A stretch of DNA of 64,000 nt from Bacillota bacterium (GTDB lineage: Bacteria; Bacillota; Clostridia; Christensenellales; UBA3700). The translations under genes were made by a program, and so were the position numbers. The notes beneath the pieces were generated by a model. That model made no database searches, was not told the origin of the DNA, and saw only the letters and a program-made list of their open reading frames with translations. The stretch's first letter is position 1; each line of letters opens with the position of its first letter. The DNA lies in the NCBI GenBank assembly GCA_023396095.1, contig JAEWXG010000012.1:19942-83941 (forward strand), given 5' to 3'. Below are positions 29,498 through 39,071 of this stretch, piece by piece.

Positions 29498-30407
29498 ATT
29501 TTAAATCAATCTCCACAACATATTTACTCAACATTTTAATTGGATTATAAGATTTTTTAGCTTGCCTTAAACCTAAATCGCCGGCATCATCTGATCTATT
29601 AACAAATTCAACATTCTCAAATCTATCTCTTATAAATGATGCAAATTCCTTATTAATGATATTGTATGCCCCTGCAATATCGGTTCGCGCCTTTTCTATG
29701 TGAACAAATAACATGTTTTCAATTACTTCCCCGATAGTATATGCTGCTATTTCATTATTAACATATAAAACATATCCTATCGCGGGAAACTGCTCAAAAT
29801 TTTTTAACACTTCTATTGCCATTTCATTTTCAAATTCTTCAATATGGCTAACCTCTTCTTGATCTTCCTTTATTGCTAAAAATTCTTCTTGAAATTTTAT
29901 AACATCTAAAATATTAGTTGAATTTAATAACTGTAACTCATAGTTCCCGTCATAAAGTTGATGAAACTTATTAACATGATTTCTTTTTTTATTAAATTTC
30001 TTTCCTTCTAGTGTTGCTAAGTCTTTAATTGAGTATATGTACTCAGCCCAATCATCGTCTGCATACGCTTCGTATCCTGGAAAAATTTCTGAAATTTCCT
30101 GCAACGATTCGGGCGTCACTTCTTTAAACACTAAATTAATATTGTTTTCTTTACAATACTTTCTGATTTTACAATACGCTTTCTTTCTTCTTGATTCATC
30201 TGAACACGGAACATTAAACGCTATTTTTTTACCAAAAATCTTATACTTTAAATACAATATATCTTCATCGACACAAAACTCTTGCTCAAAAAATTTCCCC
30301 CACATATATGTTCCTATTGCTGTAAAATCAAAAATTCGGTTTTGTTGATTTTTAAAAAATGTTTGAAATGTTTTTATATCTTCTATTCGGGTTTTCCTAA
30401 ACTCCAT
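29466..30407 (-). CDS. DUF2156 protein (stand-alone homologue of the MprF C-terminal aminoacyl-transferase domain)
   Basis: ATG 30407 with SD AAGGTGG; the track start 30428 is a GTG. Family-typical segments GKKFNKKRNHVNKF and NRSDDAGDLGLRQAKKSYNP. Confidence 0.65.
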   Translation of the reverse strand: MEFRKTRIEDIKTFQTFFKNQQNRIFDFTAIGTYMWGKFFEQEFCVDEDILYLKYKIFGKKIAFNVPCSDESRRKKAYCKIRKYCKENNINLVFKEVTPESLQEISEIFPGYEAYADDDWAEYIYSIKDLATLEGKKFNKKRNHVNKFHQLYDGNYELQLLNSTNILDVIKFQEEFLAIKEDQEEVSHIEEFENEMAIEVLKNFEQFPAIGYVLYVNNEIAAYTIGEVIENMLFVHIEKARTDIAGAYNIINKEFASFIRDRFENVEFVNRSDDAGDLGLRQAKKSYNPIKMLSKYVVEIDLKYGCCKSEEII

Positions 30408-30555
30408 AAACCACCTTATTAAATACACTTTATTAATAAATTTACTTTATTTTAACATACTTTATAATAAAAATAGTTTCAATTCCTAATTTAATAATCA
30501 TATAGTAAAAATTTTCATTAATATAAAATAAATATATACTTTACTATTCTCCTTA

Positions 30556-31095
30556 ATGTTATCCTTTATATGCAAAAAAAATTATTATATAATTAAACAT
30601 ATGAAAAAGAAATATAAATATAAACTTCCAAAATCAATATATATTTTAGCAACAATTTTTATTGTATTATTTTTATCTTTTTCTATTTTTAATTTGCTTA
30701 GACTGTTAAAAGTTAATGATATGATTTCAACAAATCCTAATATGGATATTTTTGCTCTATGCTTTTCTTTATTTATAATGACATTAATACTACTCGTGTT
30801 ATTTAATTCATCATATATAATAGATAAAGAATTAATTTGCGTTTTTGGCTTTATTTCAAAAAAAATTAATTATCAAAATATTTTACTCATTCAATACCAA
30901 GAAAAAACCGATATTTTAATTATTTTTTACTTGATTCCACCAGCATTCTCTTACGAAAATGTACAATACATAAGAATTAATATTGACAAGAAATATATTG
31001 ATGATTTTATAAAAGATTTAAGAGATAATAATACTGCAATTAAATATGAGCTTTTAAGGGGTGAAAATGAAAAAAATAATTATAGCGAGCAATAA
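30556..31095 (+). CDS. Hypothetical membrane protein
   Basis: 179 aa, or 164 aa from ATG 30601 (MKKKYKYK). Two hydrophobic helices followed by a soluble domain. No convincing SD for either start. Confidence 0.45.
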   Translation: MLSFICKKNYYIIKHMKKKYKYKLPKSIYILATIFIVLFLSFSIFNLLRLLKVNDMISTNPNMDIFALCFSLFIMTLILLVLFNSSYIIDKELICVFGFISKKINYQNILLIQYQEKTDILIIFYLIPPAFSYENVQYIRINIDKKYIDDFIKDLRDNNTAIKYELLRGENEKNNYSEQ

Positions 31096-31672
31096 TAAGC
31101 ACAAAATAATAGAACTTAAGCAACTATTGTCTAATTATTTCGACGAAATATTATCTCTTAGCGAAGCTGGTTTAAGTATTGAAATAGAAGAAACAGGTAC
31201 AACTTTTTTTGAAAATGCATTAATTAAAGCGAGAGAAATATCCAAACTAACTAACTGCTATTCAATTTCAGATGATAGTGGACTTTGCGTCAACGCTTTA
31301 AACGGAAAACCTGGTGTTTATTCGGCCAGATTTGCAGGATCCCCTTGCAATGATGAAAATAACAATAAATTATTATTAAAAGAATTAGAACATAACGATA
31401 ATAGGCAAGCATACTATGCTTCCAGTATAGTTATATATAATCCTCACACTAACTCATACCTTGATGCATACGGATATACAGAAGGTGAAATATTAAGAGA
31501 ATATCGAGGAAATAATGGCTTCGGTTATGACCCTTTGTTTTTTTCATATGACTTAAATAAAACTTTCGCAGAGTGCAGTTTAGAAGAAAAAAATAAAATA
31601 AGTCATAGATCAAGAGCACTAAAAAATTTATTAGAGAAACTTGAAAAAAATCCGGATTTTCTAAATTTTTAA
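31067..31672 (+). CDS. rdgB: dITP/XTP pyrophosphatase (RdgB/Ham1)
   Basis: 201 aa from ATG 31067 (SD AAGGGG). Motifs IIIASNNKHK, SDDSGL and FGYDPLF. Confidence 0.9.
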   Translation: MKKIIIASNNKHKIIELKQLLSNYFDEILSLSEAGLSIEIEETGTTFFENALIKAREISKLTNCYSISDDSGLCVNALNGKPGVYSARFAGSPCNDENNNKLLLKELEHNDNRQAYYASSIVIYNPHTNSYLDAYGYTEGEILREYRGNNGFGYDPLFFSYDLNKTFAECSLEEKNKISHRSRALKNLLEKLEKNPDFLNF

Positions 31673-31745
31673 AACATTATTTTTACCCCCAATAATAGCG
31701 TTTCTTGTAGTGTTAGTTTTTCATTGCATTTTTAAAAATATATTG

Positions 31746-31774
31746 TTGACATCACAATATGCATATGTTAAAAT
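31746..31774 (+). promoter_or_regulatory. Near-consensus promoter of the tRNA array (TTGACA-17-TAAAAT with TG extension)
   Basis: TTGACA at 31746..31751, a 17-nt spacer ending in TGT, and TAAAAT at 31769..31774, about 35 nt before the first tRNA. Confidence 0.85.
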
Positions 31775-31809
31775 CTTAGAGCAATTCAAGAACGTACATT
31801 AAAAATTAT

Positions 31810-31883
31810 GCGGGTGTAATTCAATGGTAGAATATCAGCCTTCCAAGCTGGATGCGTGGGTCCGATTCCCATCACCCGCTCCA
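31810..31883 (+). tRNA. tRNA-Gly (anticodon TCC)
   Basis: Acceptor stem GCGGGTG/CACCCGC, anticodon loop CTTCCAA, T-loop GGTCCGATTCC, encoded CCA. Confidence 0.9.
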
Positions 31884-31891
31884 TTTTTTTT

Positions 31892-31968
<77 letters not shown>

Positions 31969-31971
31969 TAT

Positions 31972-32049
31972 GGTGGGTATAGCTCAGTTGGTTAGAGCGC
32001 CAGGTTGTGGCCCTGGAGGTCAAGGGTTCGAATCCCTTTACTCACCCCA
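31972..32049 (+). tRNA. tRNA-His (anticodon GTG), with encoded G-1
   Basis: Extra 5' G opposite discriminator C, acceptor stem GTGGGTA/TACTCAC, anticodon loop TTGTGGC, encoded CCA. Confidence 0.9.
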
Positions 32050-32072
32050 CAACAAACATGCTTTACCATTAT

Positions 32073-32148
32073 TGGGGTGTCGCCAAGTGGTTAAGGCACC
32101 GGATTTTGATTCCGGCATTCGCAGGTTCAAATCCTGCCACCCCAGCCA
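32073..32148 (+). tRNA. tRNA-Gln (anticodon TTG)
   Basis: Acceptor stem TGGGGTG/CACCCCA, anticodon loop TTTTGAT, encoded CCA. Confidence 0.9.
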
Positions 32149-32153
32149 ATCAA

Positions 32154-32228
32154 TGGGGTATCGCCAAGCGGTAAGGCATCAGACTCTGACTCTGACATTC
32201 GTAGGTTCAAATCCTACTACCCCAGCCA
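32154..32228 (+). tRNA. tRNA-Gln (anticodon CTG)
   Basis: Acceptor stem TGGGGTA/TACCCCA, anticodon loop CTCTGAC, encoded CCA. Confidence 0.9.
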
Positions 32229-32239
32229 AAGTCAAGTAT

Positions 32240-32315
32240 GGTTCATTAGCTCAGATGGTAGAGCACATGACTTTTAATCATGGTGTCCCGGGTTCGATTC
32301 CCGGATGAGCCACCA
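32240..32315 (+). tRNA. tRNA-Lys (anticodon TTT)
   Basis: Acceptor stem GGTTCAT/ATGAGCC, anticodon loop CTTTTAA, GGTTCGATTCC T-arm, encoded CCA. Confidence 0.9.
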
Positions 32316-32342
32316 AAAAATAATTGCACATTAAAATTTTAT

Positions 32343-32426
32343 GCGGATGTGGCGAAACTGGCAGACGCGCTAGACTTAGGATCTAGTGTCTACGACATGG
32401 AGGTTCGAGTCCTCTCATCCGCACCA
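32343..32426 (+). tRNA. tRNA-Leu (anticodon TAG), long variable arm
   Basis: 84 nt. Acceptor stem GCGGATG/CATCCGC, anticodon loop CTTAGGA, variable arm GTGTCTACGACAT, encoded CCA. Confidence 0.9.
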
Positions 32427-32439
32427 ATTTTCTTTATAA

Positions 32440-32514
32440 GCGGAAGTGGCTCAGTGGTAGAGCGTCGCCTTGCCAAGGCGAATGTCGCGAGTTCGAATCT
32501 CGTCTTCCGCTCCA
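32440..32514 (+). tRNA. tRNA-Gly (anticodon GCC)
   Basis: Acceptor stem GCGGAAG/CTTCCGC, anticodon loop TTGCCAA, encoded CCA. Confidence 0.9.
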
Positions 32515-32522
32515 TTTTTTTT

Positions 32523-32598
32523 GTGCGATTAGCTCAGTTGGTAGAGCAACTGACTCTTAATCAGTGGGTCCAGGGTTCGAATCCCTGATCGCGCACCA
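32523..32598 (+). tRNA. tRNA-Lys (anticodon CTT)
   Basis: Acceptor stem GTGCGAT/ATCGCGC, anticodon loop CTCTTAA, encoded CCA. Confidence 0.88.
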
Positions 32599-32622
32599 TT
32601 TTTATAAATATTTAACTTCTTT

Positions 32623-32650
32623 AAAAAGGCTTCTATAGTTGCCTTTTTTT
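32623..32650 (+). terminator. Terminator-like hairpin after the tRNA array
   Basis: AAAAAGGC-10 nt-GCCTTTTT followed by a T-run. The stem is mostly A-T, so it is weak. Confidence 0.5.
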
Positions 32651-32778
32651 ATTTGATGTATAACATAATATTATAAATAATACAAGATAATAATTTACAC
32701 ATTAATCCCAAAAACAATATATAATAAAATCTACAACAAATATTAAAAGACCACATAAAGGAGAAACTCTGGTTTTTC

Positions 32779-34188
32779 ATGTTAAGCAATCAAAAAACTC
32801 AAAGACTAGGCGAAATGCCTATTTTAAAATTGATAACAATATTATCTGTTCCAGCAATGATTTCTATGTTGGTTCAATCACTTTATAATGTTGTTGATAG
32901 CATTTATGTTGCTAAAATTAGCGAAGATGCAATTACTGCCCTTTCCTACGCCTTCCCAGTTCAAGCTTTTACAATGGCTTTTGGTTTAGGACTTGGCATT
33001 GGAGCAAATTCTATAGTATCTGTTAAACTAGGTGAAAGACGTCCAGAAGAAGCTTCAGAAGCTGCGCAAAATGGCGTTTTTATGGCCATTATGCTAGGCA
33101 CGTTTTTCGCAATATTTGGTTACCCTATTTCCTTATTATATTTTAAACTTATAATTCCTGCTTCTGAAACATTAATTTTCAAAGAAGCATTAGAATATAC
33201 AGCTATTTGCATATCTTTAACAATATTTATTTATTTGCAAATCTTAATAGCAAGAACATTACAAGCAACAGGAAGACCTACTGTCCCTATGTTTGCACAA
33301 TTAATTGGTGCTATATCAAACATTGCACTAGACCCTCTTTTCATTTTTACATTTAAAATGGGGGTAAAAGGAGCTGCTATTGCTACAGTTATAAGTCAAG
33401 CACTAGCTCTTATTTATGCTTTATTAGTTGTTAAATTCCAAAAACAAACTATTAAACTATTTTCAAAAACATTTAAACCTAATAAAAAATATATTTTCAG
33501 CCTCATAAAAGTCGGCCTACCAGCAGCAATTATTAACTGTCTTTTCTCCCTCACTACTACTGTATTAAATATTATTTTAGGACAACTTTCAAAATCTGCT
33601 GTTGCTGTATTAGGTATTTATTTTAAAATTCAATCGTTTGTATTTATGCCTTTATTTGGACTAAATCAAGGGACAATGCCTATTTTTGGATATAGTTTTG
33701 GCGCAGATAATAGACAACGTTTTAATAAAACTTTTTTATACGCTATCATAATTAGTTTAGTTTTAGGTATTTCAAACACATTGTTAATACAATTCGCATC
33801 ACTTCCAATACTTCAATTATTCTCAATTAAACCTGGAAGTGAAACTATGAAAATAGGTGTTGAAGCATTAACAATTATAAGCTTCAGTTTCATCCCTGCC
33901 TGTTTTTCAATATTAGCAACCGCAGCGTTTCAATCAATCGGACATGCGGTGCAATCAGCAATTTTATCATTATCCAGACAATTCATTGTTTTAATACCTT
34001 TCACATACATATTCATAAATTTTACTCAATTAAAATTGAAAGGTGCATGGCTTGCTTTCCCTATTTCAGAAGTGGTAACTTGTCTAATTTTTATCCCTCT
34101 TTTTATCTCAACTGTAAACAAAGCATTTATAAAACATAGAAAATATTTACAAATTGAAAAACTAAACAATGATTCTTCCTCAGTATAA
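32779..34188 (+). CDS. MATE-family efflux transporter
   Basis: 469 aa, about 12 hydrophobic segments. MATE-typical N-terminus (ILSVPAMISMLVQSLYNVVDSIYV) and an internal repeat. Confidence 0.85.
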   Translation: MLSNQKTQRLGEMPILKLITILSVPAMISMLVQSLYNVVDSIYVAKISEDAITALSYAFPVQAFTMAFGLGLGIGANSIVSVKLGERRPEEASEAAQNGVFMAIMLGTFFAIFGYPISLLYFKLIIPASETLIFKEALEYTAICISLTIFIYLQILIARTLQATGRPTVPMFAQLIGAISNIALDPLFIFTFKMGVKGAAIATVISQALALIYALLVVKFQKQTIKLFSKTFKPNKKYIFSLIKVGLPAAIINCLFSLTTTVLNIILGQLSKSAVAVLGIYFKIQSFVFMPLFGLNQGTMPIFGYSFGADNRQRFNKTFLYAIIISLVLGISNTLLIQFASLPILQLFSIKPGSETMKIGVEALTIISFSFIPACFSILATAAFQSIGHAVQSAILSLSRQFIVLIPFTYIFINFTQLKLKGAWLAFPISEVVTCLIFIPLFISTVNKAFIKHRKYLQIEKLNNDSSSV

Positions 34189-34228
34189 TAACCATAAGTT
34201 TACAAAAAATGAAATTTTAACTTACTAT

Positions 34229-35215
34229 TTAGAGAAATTTTTCAATTTCCTGAGGATATTTTATATCAGCTAAAAGCCTAATTCTATCTAATGTTTTCAT
34301 CAACCTTATACTATCAGCGTGTGTCATTTCTTCGCTTTCTATTTTTCCTGCTAAAATATCAGCCGCAACCTTATCAAACTCGTATGAATATCCCCTTTTA
34401 GTTTTAATATCTATTCTTTTGCCATTTATATATTTACAAATAGCCTTATTTGGTTTAAAAAATAGAAAAGGAAATATAATACTTACTTTTGTTGCTACAA
34501 TTATCGCTCTACATAATGTAAATCTATCATGTGAGTAAAAAAATCTGGCCTTTTCTCCACCCTTATAAAGGAATTCAATATATCCCTCTAAATCAACACC
34601 ATATTTATCTTTTTTGATTTCAACATTAATTCTATCAGGCTCACCAAATAACGAAAGTGCATATTCGACGCAGTAAACACCAACATCCAAAAGCGATCCT
34701 CCACCTAAATTAGGGTCTGTTAACCTTCCACTTGTATACGCAAATTTACGGTTATAACCAAATGTGCAGCCGAAGTATTCAACATTACCTAATTTATTGC
34801 TATTGTGCAGACTTAAAATTCTTTTATTTATAGGATTAAATTTCATCCACATTGCTTCACCAAGATAAACTCCTTTCTCTTTGGATAATTTGCACACTTC
34901 TGCAGCTTGAAAAGCATTTATAGTAAAAGCTTTTTCACATAATACAGCCTTATTAGCATTAATGCACTTTTTTATTAATTCATAGTGCGAAGCATGTGGA
35001 GTTGCAATGTACACACCTTCAACCTCTTCCATTGCCAAAGCCTCATCTAGCGTTTCTACAGGTTTAGCGTTGAATCTTTTTGCAAACTTTTGATTATTTT
35101 TTTTATTCCTCGAAAATGATGCAACTATACAATGTTTTCCTTTTCGAGTAATTTCTTTTGCAACTTTATTTGCAATGGCACCTGTTCCTATAAATAACCA
35201 GCCGAATTTTTTCAT
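34229..35215 (-). CDS. Gfo/Idh/MocA-family NAD(P)-dependent oxidoreductase
   Basis: 328 aa. N-terminal Rossmann fold (WLFIGTGAIANK) and the EKAF motif (LCEKAFT). Confidence 0.75.
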   Translation of the reverse strand: MKKFGWLFIGTGAIANKVAKEITRKGKHCIVASFSRNKKNNQKFAKRFNAKPVETLDEALAMEEVEGVYIATPHASHYELIKKCINANKAVLCEKAFTINAFQAAEVCKLSKEKGVYLGEAMWMKFNPINKRILSLHNSNKLGNVEYFGCTFGYNRKFAYTSGRLTDPNLGGGSLLDVGVYCVEYALSLFGEPDRINVEIKKDKYGVDLEGYIEFLYKGGEKARFFYSHDRFTLCRAIIVATKVSIIFPFLFFKPNKAICKYINGKRIDIKTKRGYSYEFDKVAADILAGKIESEEMTHADSIRLMKTLDRIRLLADIKYPQEIEKFL

Positions 35216-37890
35216 TATTTGTTTTTTCTCCTACTAACAATTTTTTTGACTAATTTTTCTATTTCAACAATTAATAATGGTGATATAGATAATGCTAATG
35301 CCACCAAAACCCATTTTGCTTCCAATTGTATAAGTCCTAATATTCTTCCAAACCAAGGCACTAATATTGCCAATACAACCAACATAAATGATCCAAAGCA
35401 TGCTAATACTAACCATAGATTAGAAAATGGATTCTCTGTTATTAGTGATTTATGTGTTCGTACATTAAACGAATGTACTAATTGTGAAACGGATAAAACA
35501 ATAAAAGCCATAGTCATTCCTGCTTTAACATTTAACATAGCGCCCTCTAATGGTATTAAATATAATCCAATAGCAAATGCCACCAATGTAATAGCACCAA
35601 AATAAATCCCATGTAAAACCACGTTTAATCCTAAATGATCAGAGAAAATACTTTCATTTTTACTCCGTGGCTTTCGCATCATAACATCTGCTTCAGGCTT
35701 TTCTAAACCTAAAGCAATTGCAGGAAAACCATCAGTTAATAAATTAATCCACAGCAATTGCATTGCAGCAAGTGGTGTCTCACGCCATATTAAAATAGAT
35801 AAAAATACAGCAAGAATTTCTCCAATATTACAACTTAACAAAAATTGAACACCCTTTTTGATATTATCGTAAATTCCACGTCCTTCTTTAACAGCATCAA
35901 CTATGGTTGCAAAATTATCATCCATTAATGTCATATCCGACGCACTCTTAGCAACTTCTGTACCTGTAATACCCATTGCACAACCAATATCTGCTGCTTT
36001 TAATGCCGGAGCATCATTAACTCCATCGCCTGTCATCGCCACAACATCACCCTGGGATTGCCAAGCTTTTACTATCCTTATTTTATTTTCTGGAGATACT
36101 CTTGCGTAAACAGATACTTGCCTTACCACACTAGTTAATTCTTCATCTGACATTTTATCTAGTTCAGATCCTGTTATAGCTTTATCTCCTTCATTAAATA
36201 TTCCTATTTGTTTAGCTATAGCAATTGCAGTTGTAATATGATCACCAGTAATCATAACAGGCCTAATCCCAGCTTGTATACATATCTTAACAGCTTCTTT
36301 TGCCTCCTCTCTTGGAGGATCGATCATTCCTACCAACCCTAATAAAACTAATTCATTTTCAACCTCATCAGAAATTAATGTTGTTGGTATCTTATCTATC
36401 TCTTTATAGGCAACCCCAATTACCCTCAAAGCATCATTAGCCATTTTTTCGTTCGCAATTAATGCTCCTTCTTTATCACCTGCAACACAGCGTTTAATTA
36501 GTTCATCAAATGCACCCTTAACAATAACAATCCTCTTATTGTTGATATCACAAATTGTGCTCATAAGTTTCCTGTCAGAATCAAATGGAATTTCATTTAA
36601 CCTAGGATTTTTCTCTTCCAACTTTCTTTTGTCTATACCAAACTTTTTAGCTAATGCAACAATTGCAGTCTCTGTAGGATCACCAATTGAAACTATTTCT
36701 CCTTCTTTCTCCTCAATGTATCCATCACAACATAAAAGAGTTCTTTCTAATAGCTTCACTACTTGATCATTATCTTTTACCATCGCATCAACCATTCGAC
36801 CACCAGCATATAATTGAACTACTGTCATTTTATTTTGAGTCAATGTTCCGGTTTTGTCAGAACAAATTGTTGATGCACTCCCCAATGTTTCAACAGCAGG
36901 CAATTTTCTAATTATTGCATTCTTTTTCACCATACGTTGAACACCTATTGCCAATACCAATGTAACTATTGTTGGCAAACCTTCAGGTATCGCAGCCACT
37001 GCCAAAGAAACGGCCATCATAAATGTTATAAGTATTCTTTGCTTAATATCCATTCCATCTTTTTGAATAGTTAAACTAACTATAAAAACTATTAGACATA
37101 TAATTAACGCTGCGGCTCCTAAAATTTTTCCTAATTTGGACAATTTTAATTGTAATGGCGTTAATGATTCTTTTTCATTATTTAAAAGTTTAGCAATTTT
37201 CCCTATTTCAGTATTCATTCCAGTATCACATACTACTGCTTTGGCTCTACCATAATTAACATATGAGCCGGAAAAAATCATATTTATTCTGTCTCCTACG
37301 CCAACCTCGTCTTCAATCATAGCTAGAGCGTCTTTTTCGACAGGTAATGATTCTCCAGTTAGGGAAGATTCATCACATTTTAATGATGCTGATTCAATTA
37401 AACGAGAATCGGCAGGAACAATATCCCCCGCTTCAAGAACGATTAAATCACCTTTTACAAGATCTTCACTATCTATAATAAGTGTTTGCCCATTCCTTAT
37501 AACTTTCACTTTAGGAGCAGACATTTTCTTCAAAGCCTCTAATGCCTTTTCAGCTTTATTTTCTTGAAACACTCCTAAAATAGCATTGAAAAAGACTATA
37601 ACAAAAATAATAATAGGCTCAATAAATTCACTTTTTTCAATATTCCCTTTACTATTTTCATATATTGTAACAACTAAAGAAATAACAGCAGCAATTAATA
37701 AAATAATAATCATTACATCTTTAAATTGATTCAAAAATTTCATAAATAAAGATTCTTTTTTCTTCTGTTCTAAAATATTTTTGCCATATTGCGCTTCTCT
37801 TTCTTGTACTTGCTTTTCATCTAACCCAGATTGAGTATTGGTTTCAAGATTTTCTACGATATCAACAATTTTACCATTATAATTTTTCAT
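35215..37890 (-). CDS. P-type ATPase, Ca2+-transporting (type IIA-like)
   Basis: 891 aa. Motifs TGES, DKTGTLT, MITGDH and GDGVNDAPALK, with about 10 TM segments. Confidence 0.88.
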   Translation of the reverse strand: MKNYNGKIVDIVENLETNTQSGLDEKQVQEREAQYGKNILEQKKKESLFMKFLNQFKDVMIIILLIAAVISLVVTIYENSKGNIEKSEFIEPIIIFVIVFFNAILGVFQENKAEKALEALKKMSAPKVKVIRNGQTLIIDSEDLVKGDLIVLEAGDIVPADSRLIESASLKCDESSLTGESLPVEKDALAMIEDEVGVGDRINMIFSGSYVNYGRAKAVVCDTGMNTEIGKIAKLLNNEKESLTPLQLKLSKLGKILGAAALIICLIVFIVSLTIQKDGMDIKQRILITFMMAVSLAVAAIPEGLPTIVTLVLAIGVQRMVKKNAIIRKLPAVETLGSASTICSDKTGTLTQNKMTVVQLYAGGRMVDAMVKDNDQVVKLLERTLLCCDGYIEEKEGEIVSIGDPTETAIVALAKKFGIDKRKLEEKNPRLNEIPFDSDRKLMSTICDINNKRIVIVKGAFDELIKRCVAGDKEGALIANEKMANDALRVIGVAYKEIDKIPTTLISDEVENELVLLGLVGMIDPPREEAKEAVKICIQAGIRPVMITGDHITTAIAIAKQIGIFNEGDKAITGSELDKMSDEELTSVVRQVSVYARVSPENKIRIVKAWQSQGDVVAMTGDGVNDAPALKAADIGCAMGITGTEVAKSASDMTLMDDNFATIVDAVKEGRGIYDNIKKGVQFLLSCNIGEILAVFLSILIWRETPLAAMQLLWINLLTDGFPAIALGLEKPEADVMMRKPRSKNESIFSDHLGLNVVLHGIYFGAITLVAFAIGLYLIPLEGAMLNVKAGMTMAFIVLSVSQLVHSFNVRTHKSLITENPFSNLWLVLACFGSFMLVVLAILVPWFGRILGLIQLEAKWVLVALALSISPLLIVEIEKLVKKIVSRRKNK

Positions 37891-37896
37891 AAATAG

Positions 37897-38337
37897 TTAG
37901 TTTTCCCCTTCAAGCAATTTGGCATATAATTCAAGACCACGAACAATATCTTCACGTTCTTTATCTGTACTTTTCACCGCAATTGAAAATGTCATCCTTT
38001 CAATAACCTCTTCAGCGTTTCTTGCAGCTCTATCTCCTAAAGCTGTAATCTTAATTTTCACAATTCTTCTGTCTTCTTTTGAACGAACTCTTTCTATCAA
38101 ATCGCGATCTTCCAATCTTGTACATATATTCGAGATATTGCTAGCTGGCATGTTCAACTTATTTGCTAATGCAGTAACTATCATTGCTGCTCCCTCATTT
38201 TTTAAAGCCACCAAAACATCAGCCTGTGATTTTGTTAGTTCATAAGGCAAAAGTGCACTATTAATATTAGAAGATAGGTTTAATAAAATCTGTCTAACGG
38301 CGTTATCAATTTTTTGATTAAATAAATTTATATCCAT
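37897..38337 (-). CDS. MarR-family transcriptional regulator
   Basis: 146 aa. Winged-helix pattern (LTKSQADVLVAL...ALANKLNMPASNISNICTRLEDRDLIERVRSKEDRR). Lies 6 nt upstream of the ATPase gene. Confidence 0.85.
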   Translation of the reverse strand: MDINLFNQKIDNAVRQILLNLSSNINSALLPYELTKSQADVLVALKNEGAAMIVTALANKLNMPASNISNICTRLEDRDLIERVRSKEDRRIVKIKITALGDRAARNAEEVIERMTFSIAVKSTDKEREDIVRGLELYAKLLEGEN

Positions 38338-38400
38338 TCTCTTGTATTAGCAAAAAATATTTGCTCCTCCTTAACTATTTTATCGTTCAAAAATAAAACA

Positions 38401-38446
38401 TTTATCACGATAAATATATTTTACGCTATGAGAAGACAAATTACAA
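38401..38446 (-). promoter_or_regulatory. marR operon promoter (TTGTAA-17-TAAAAT) with palindromic candidate operator TTTATCgtGATAAA at the predicted transcription start
   Basis: -35 at 38446..38441, -10 at 38423..38418 and the palindrome at 38414..38401, all on the minus strand. Confidence 0.55.
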
Positions 38447-38515
38447 CTTTTAAAAGAATCTCTGTTACATATTTTGAATCCATAAAATTGATCACCATAT
38501 TAAAATTATCTATAT

Positions 38516-39070
38516 TTATTTTCTAATGGAGTACTGACAACCACAATATTCTTGCCTGTACATGCCAGTTTCTTTAGTAATCTCAATTGATCTTAAATAG
38601 CCGTTGTTTTTTTTGAAATTTTCATATAAAAATTTTACTTTATATTCCTCTTCGATTGCTTTAGCAACATTAAAAATATTGTTTGAATTTTTATGTGGGC
38701 TAACAGTCAGTGTCGTAGTAAAAATATCATAATAGTTATTTTTAGCAAATTCAGCAGTCTTTAGCAATCTTAATTTGAAGCACTCAATACAACGATTACC
38801 GCCCTCTTTTTCTTCCTCTAGCCCTGCTATTACTTGATAAAAATCATTTTGATTATAGTCTGCATCCACAATATTAACTTCATTAACATATTTTAAATTT
38901 ATAAAATCTATCAATTCTTTTTTTCTTCTTAAATATTCTGTTTCCGGATAAATATTTGGATTATAAAAATATATGGTTACCTTGTAATCATTAACCAATC
39001 GTTCTAAAACTGACGAACTACAAGGGCCGCAACAGGCATGCAATAATAATTTTTGTTTTTCTCTTTTCAT
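38516..39070 (-). CDS. queH: Epoxyqueuosine reductase QueH (DUF208)
   Basis: 184 aa. LLLHACCGPCS motif and C-terminal YCGCQYS, both typical of QueH. Confidence 0.85.
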   Translation of the reverse strand: MKREKQKLLLHACCGPCSSSVLERLVNDYKVTIYFYNPNIYPETEYLRRKKELIDFINLKYVNEVNIVDADYNQNDFYQVIAGLEEEKEGGNRCIECFKLRLLKTAEFAKNNYYDIFTTTLTVSPHKNSNNIFNVAKAIEEEYKVKFLYENFKKNNGYLRSIEITKETGMYRQEYCGCQYSIRK

Positions 39071-39071
39071 A

